Shown piece after piece: positions 62,837 through 64,000 of a DNA stretch of 64,000 nt. The stretch covers positions 4,256,001 to 4,320,000 of the forward strand of contig OZ245838.1 of assembly GCA_965228735.1 (NCBI GenBank), read 5' to 3'. Source of the stretch: Planctomycetota bacterium (GTDB lineage: Bacteria; Planctomycetota; UBA1135; UBA2386). Position 1 is the stretch's first letter; every line of letters starts with the position of its first letter. Below the pieces are notes generated by a model. The model was not told the origin of the DNA. It made no database searches and saw nothing but the letters and a program-made list of their open reading frames with translations. Position numbers and translations under genes: made by a program.

Positions 62837-63631
62837 ATGCTCAAGAGTCTCTACACCACCGCGACGGGCATGAAAGCCCAGCAAACCATGGTCGACATGA
62901 TCGCGAACAACATCGCGAACGTGAACACCGCGGGCTTCAAGAAGTCGCAGGCCTCGTTCGAGGACCTGTTCTACGTCACGCTGCAGTCGCCGGGTCTGGC
63001 GCGCGGCACGAACGACTCCCCCGCTCCGATCGGCACGCAGGTCGGCTCCGGCACGCGCCTCAACGGCACGACCAAGGTGTTCACGACGGGCACGCTGGAG
63101 ATCACCGAACGCGCGCTCGACGTCGCGATCGACGGTGACGGGTTCTTCGCGGTGACGCTGCCGGACGGCTCGGTGGGCTACACCCGCGATGGCGGCTTCC
63201 ACGTCAACTCCGAGGGTCGCCTCGTGTCCGGCTCGGGCAACATCCTGCAGCCGGAGATCACGGTCCCGCAGGACATCCTCGAGATCTCGATCGACCCCAC
63301 CGGGCTCGTCAGCGGCCGCACGGCCGGTGCGCCCGACGTCGCGACGCAGTTCGGGCTCGTCACGCTGCACCGCTTCATCAACCCGTCGGGCATGCTCGCG
63401 GTCGGCGCCAACGTGATGCGGCCGACCGAGGCCTCGGGCGCGCCGATCACCGGCACCCCGGGCCTCACGGGCCTCGGCACGCTCAAGCAGGGCTTCGTCG
63501 AGCGCTCGAACGTCCAGATCGTCAACGAGCTGGTCAACCTCATCGTCGCGCAGCGCGCCTACGAGGTGAACAGCCGCGCCATCCAGGCCAGCGATCAGAT
63601 GCTGTCGACGGCCACGAACATCGTCCGCTGA
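62837..63631 (+). CDS. flgG: Flagellar distal rod protein
   Basis: TGMKAQQ...ANNIANVNT.GFKK...FEDLFY, YTRDG.F, AQRAYEVNS. Confidence 0.95.
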   Translation: MLKSLYTTATGMKAQQTMVDMIANNIANVNTAGFKKSQASFEDLFYVTLQSPGLARGTNDSPAPIGTQVGSGTRLNGTTKVFTTGTLEITERALDVAIDGDGFFAVTLPDGSVGYTRDGGFHVNSEGRLVSGSGNILQPEITVPQDILEISIDPTGLVSGRTAGAPDVATQFGLVTLHRFINPSGMLAVGANVMRPTEASGAPITGTPGLTGLGTLKQGFVERSNVQIVNELVNLIVAQRAYEVNSRAIQASDQMLSTATNIVR

Positions 63632-63649
63632 TCGAAGGAGGAAGAACCG

Positions 63650-64000
63650 ATGACCACACTCACGACCATCCTGCTCTGCGCCCTGACCGCGTTCGCCGGC
63701 AACGGCGGCGACAACGGCAACGGCGACAAGGACAAGAAGACGAAGAAGGCGCTCGACGTGCGCGTGCGCGTCGGCGCGACCGCCCGCGGGGCCGACGTCA
63801 AGGTCGCCGACCTCTGCGAGATCACTCCGATCAACGACGCGTCGCTCGCGCTCGGCAACGTCGTCTTCGGCCCTTCGCCGATGGGGGGCGCCGCGCGCAC
63901 GGTCACCCGCACGGAGATCGTGCAGGTGATCGCTGCCAACGGCCACGACGTGAGCCGCTACTCCTTCTCGGGGCCGACGGAGATCGTCGTGCAGCCGATC
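63650..64000 (+). CDS. flgA: Probable P-ring formation chaperone FlgA, partial (runs off window)
   Basis: Not in the track. AAGGAGG RBS; MTTLTTILLCALTAFAG signal; VKVADLCEI...LGNVVFGPSPMGG..RTV resembles the N-terminal extension of long FlgA; follows flgG. Confidence 0.7.
   Translation, partial: MTTLTTILLCALTAFAGNGGDNGNGDKDKKTKKALDVRVRVGATARGADVKVADLCEITPINDASLALGNVVFGPSPMGGAARTVTRTEIVQVIAANGHDVSRYSFSGPTEIVVQPI

Noticed and set aside
1..64000. Prophage, integrase, transposase or defence system
   Set aside because: No recognisable motifs for any of these in the translated frames.

Overview
GC-rich (roughly 70% by eye) bacterial chromosome segment, most likely from a Planctomycetota-type organism. 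That lineage is inferred from the ECF sigma / Ser-Thr kinase-FGE pair and the many HEAT-repeat and secreted orphan proteins. About 45 real CDSs are present; most long ORFs in the track are antisense shadows. Recognisable content: ECF sigma/anti-sigma pair, DsbD-like disulfide transporter, OmpR-type two-component system, two 5'-nucleotidases, TMEM175 channel, an enlarged GlmS-like protein, DegT aminotransferase, Ser/Thr kinase-FGE plus ECF sigma, ada/alkA-ogt, a lysine riboswitch heading an M20-lysC-dapB-dapA-dapD operon, and the start of a flagellar cluster (flgM divergent from fliK-flgD-flgE-flgF-flgG-flgA). Main findings: (1) the DsbD gene has an in-frame TGA exactly at the first Cys of its thioredoxin CxxC (U-G-S-C), followed by a SECIS-like hairpin, so it is a probable selenoprotein. 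(2) Five otherwise unrelated secreted proteins share a roughly 110-130 aa C-terminal domain, and most signal peptides expose Gln, suggesting an undescribed export/surface-sorting system. (3) One of these genes lies between the intact and a decayed copy of the ushA 3' end. (4) TTGAC repeats with 11-bp phasing mark probable response-regulator sites. (5) Many starts look leaderless, including a probable ATC start. (6) A palindromic intergenic repeat family occurs at two sites. No rRNA, tRNA, CRISPR array or transposase was seen. All family assignments are from motif recognition by eye; no database was searched.
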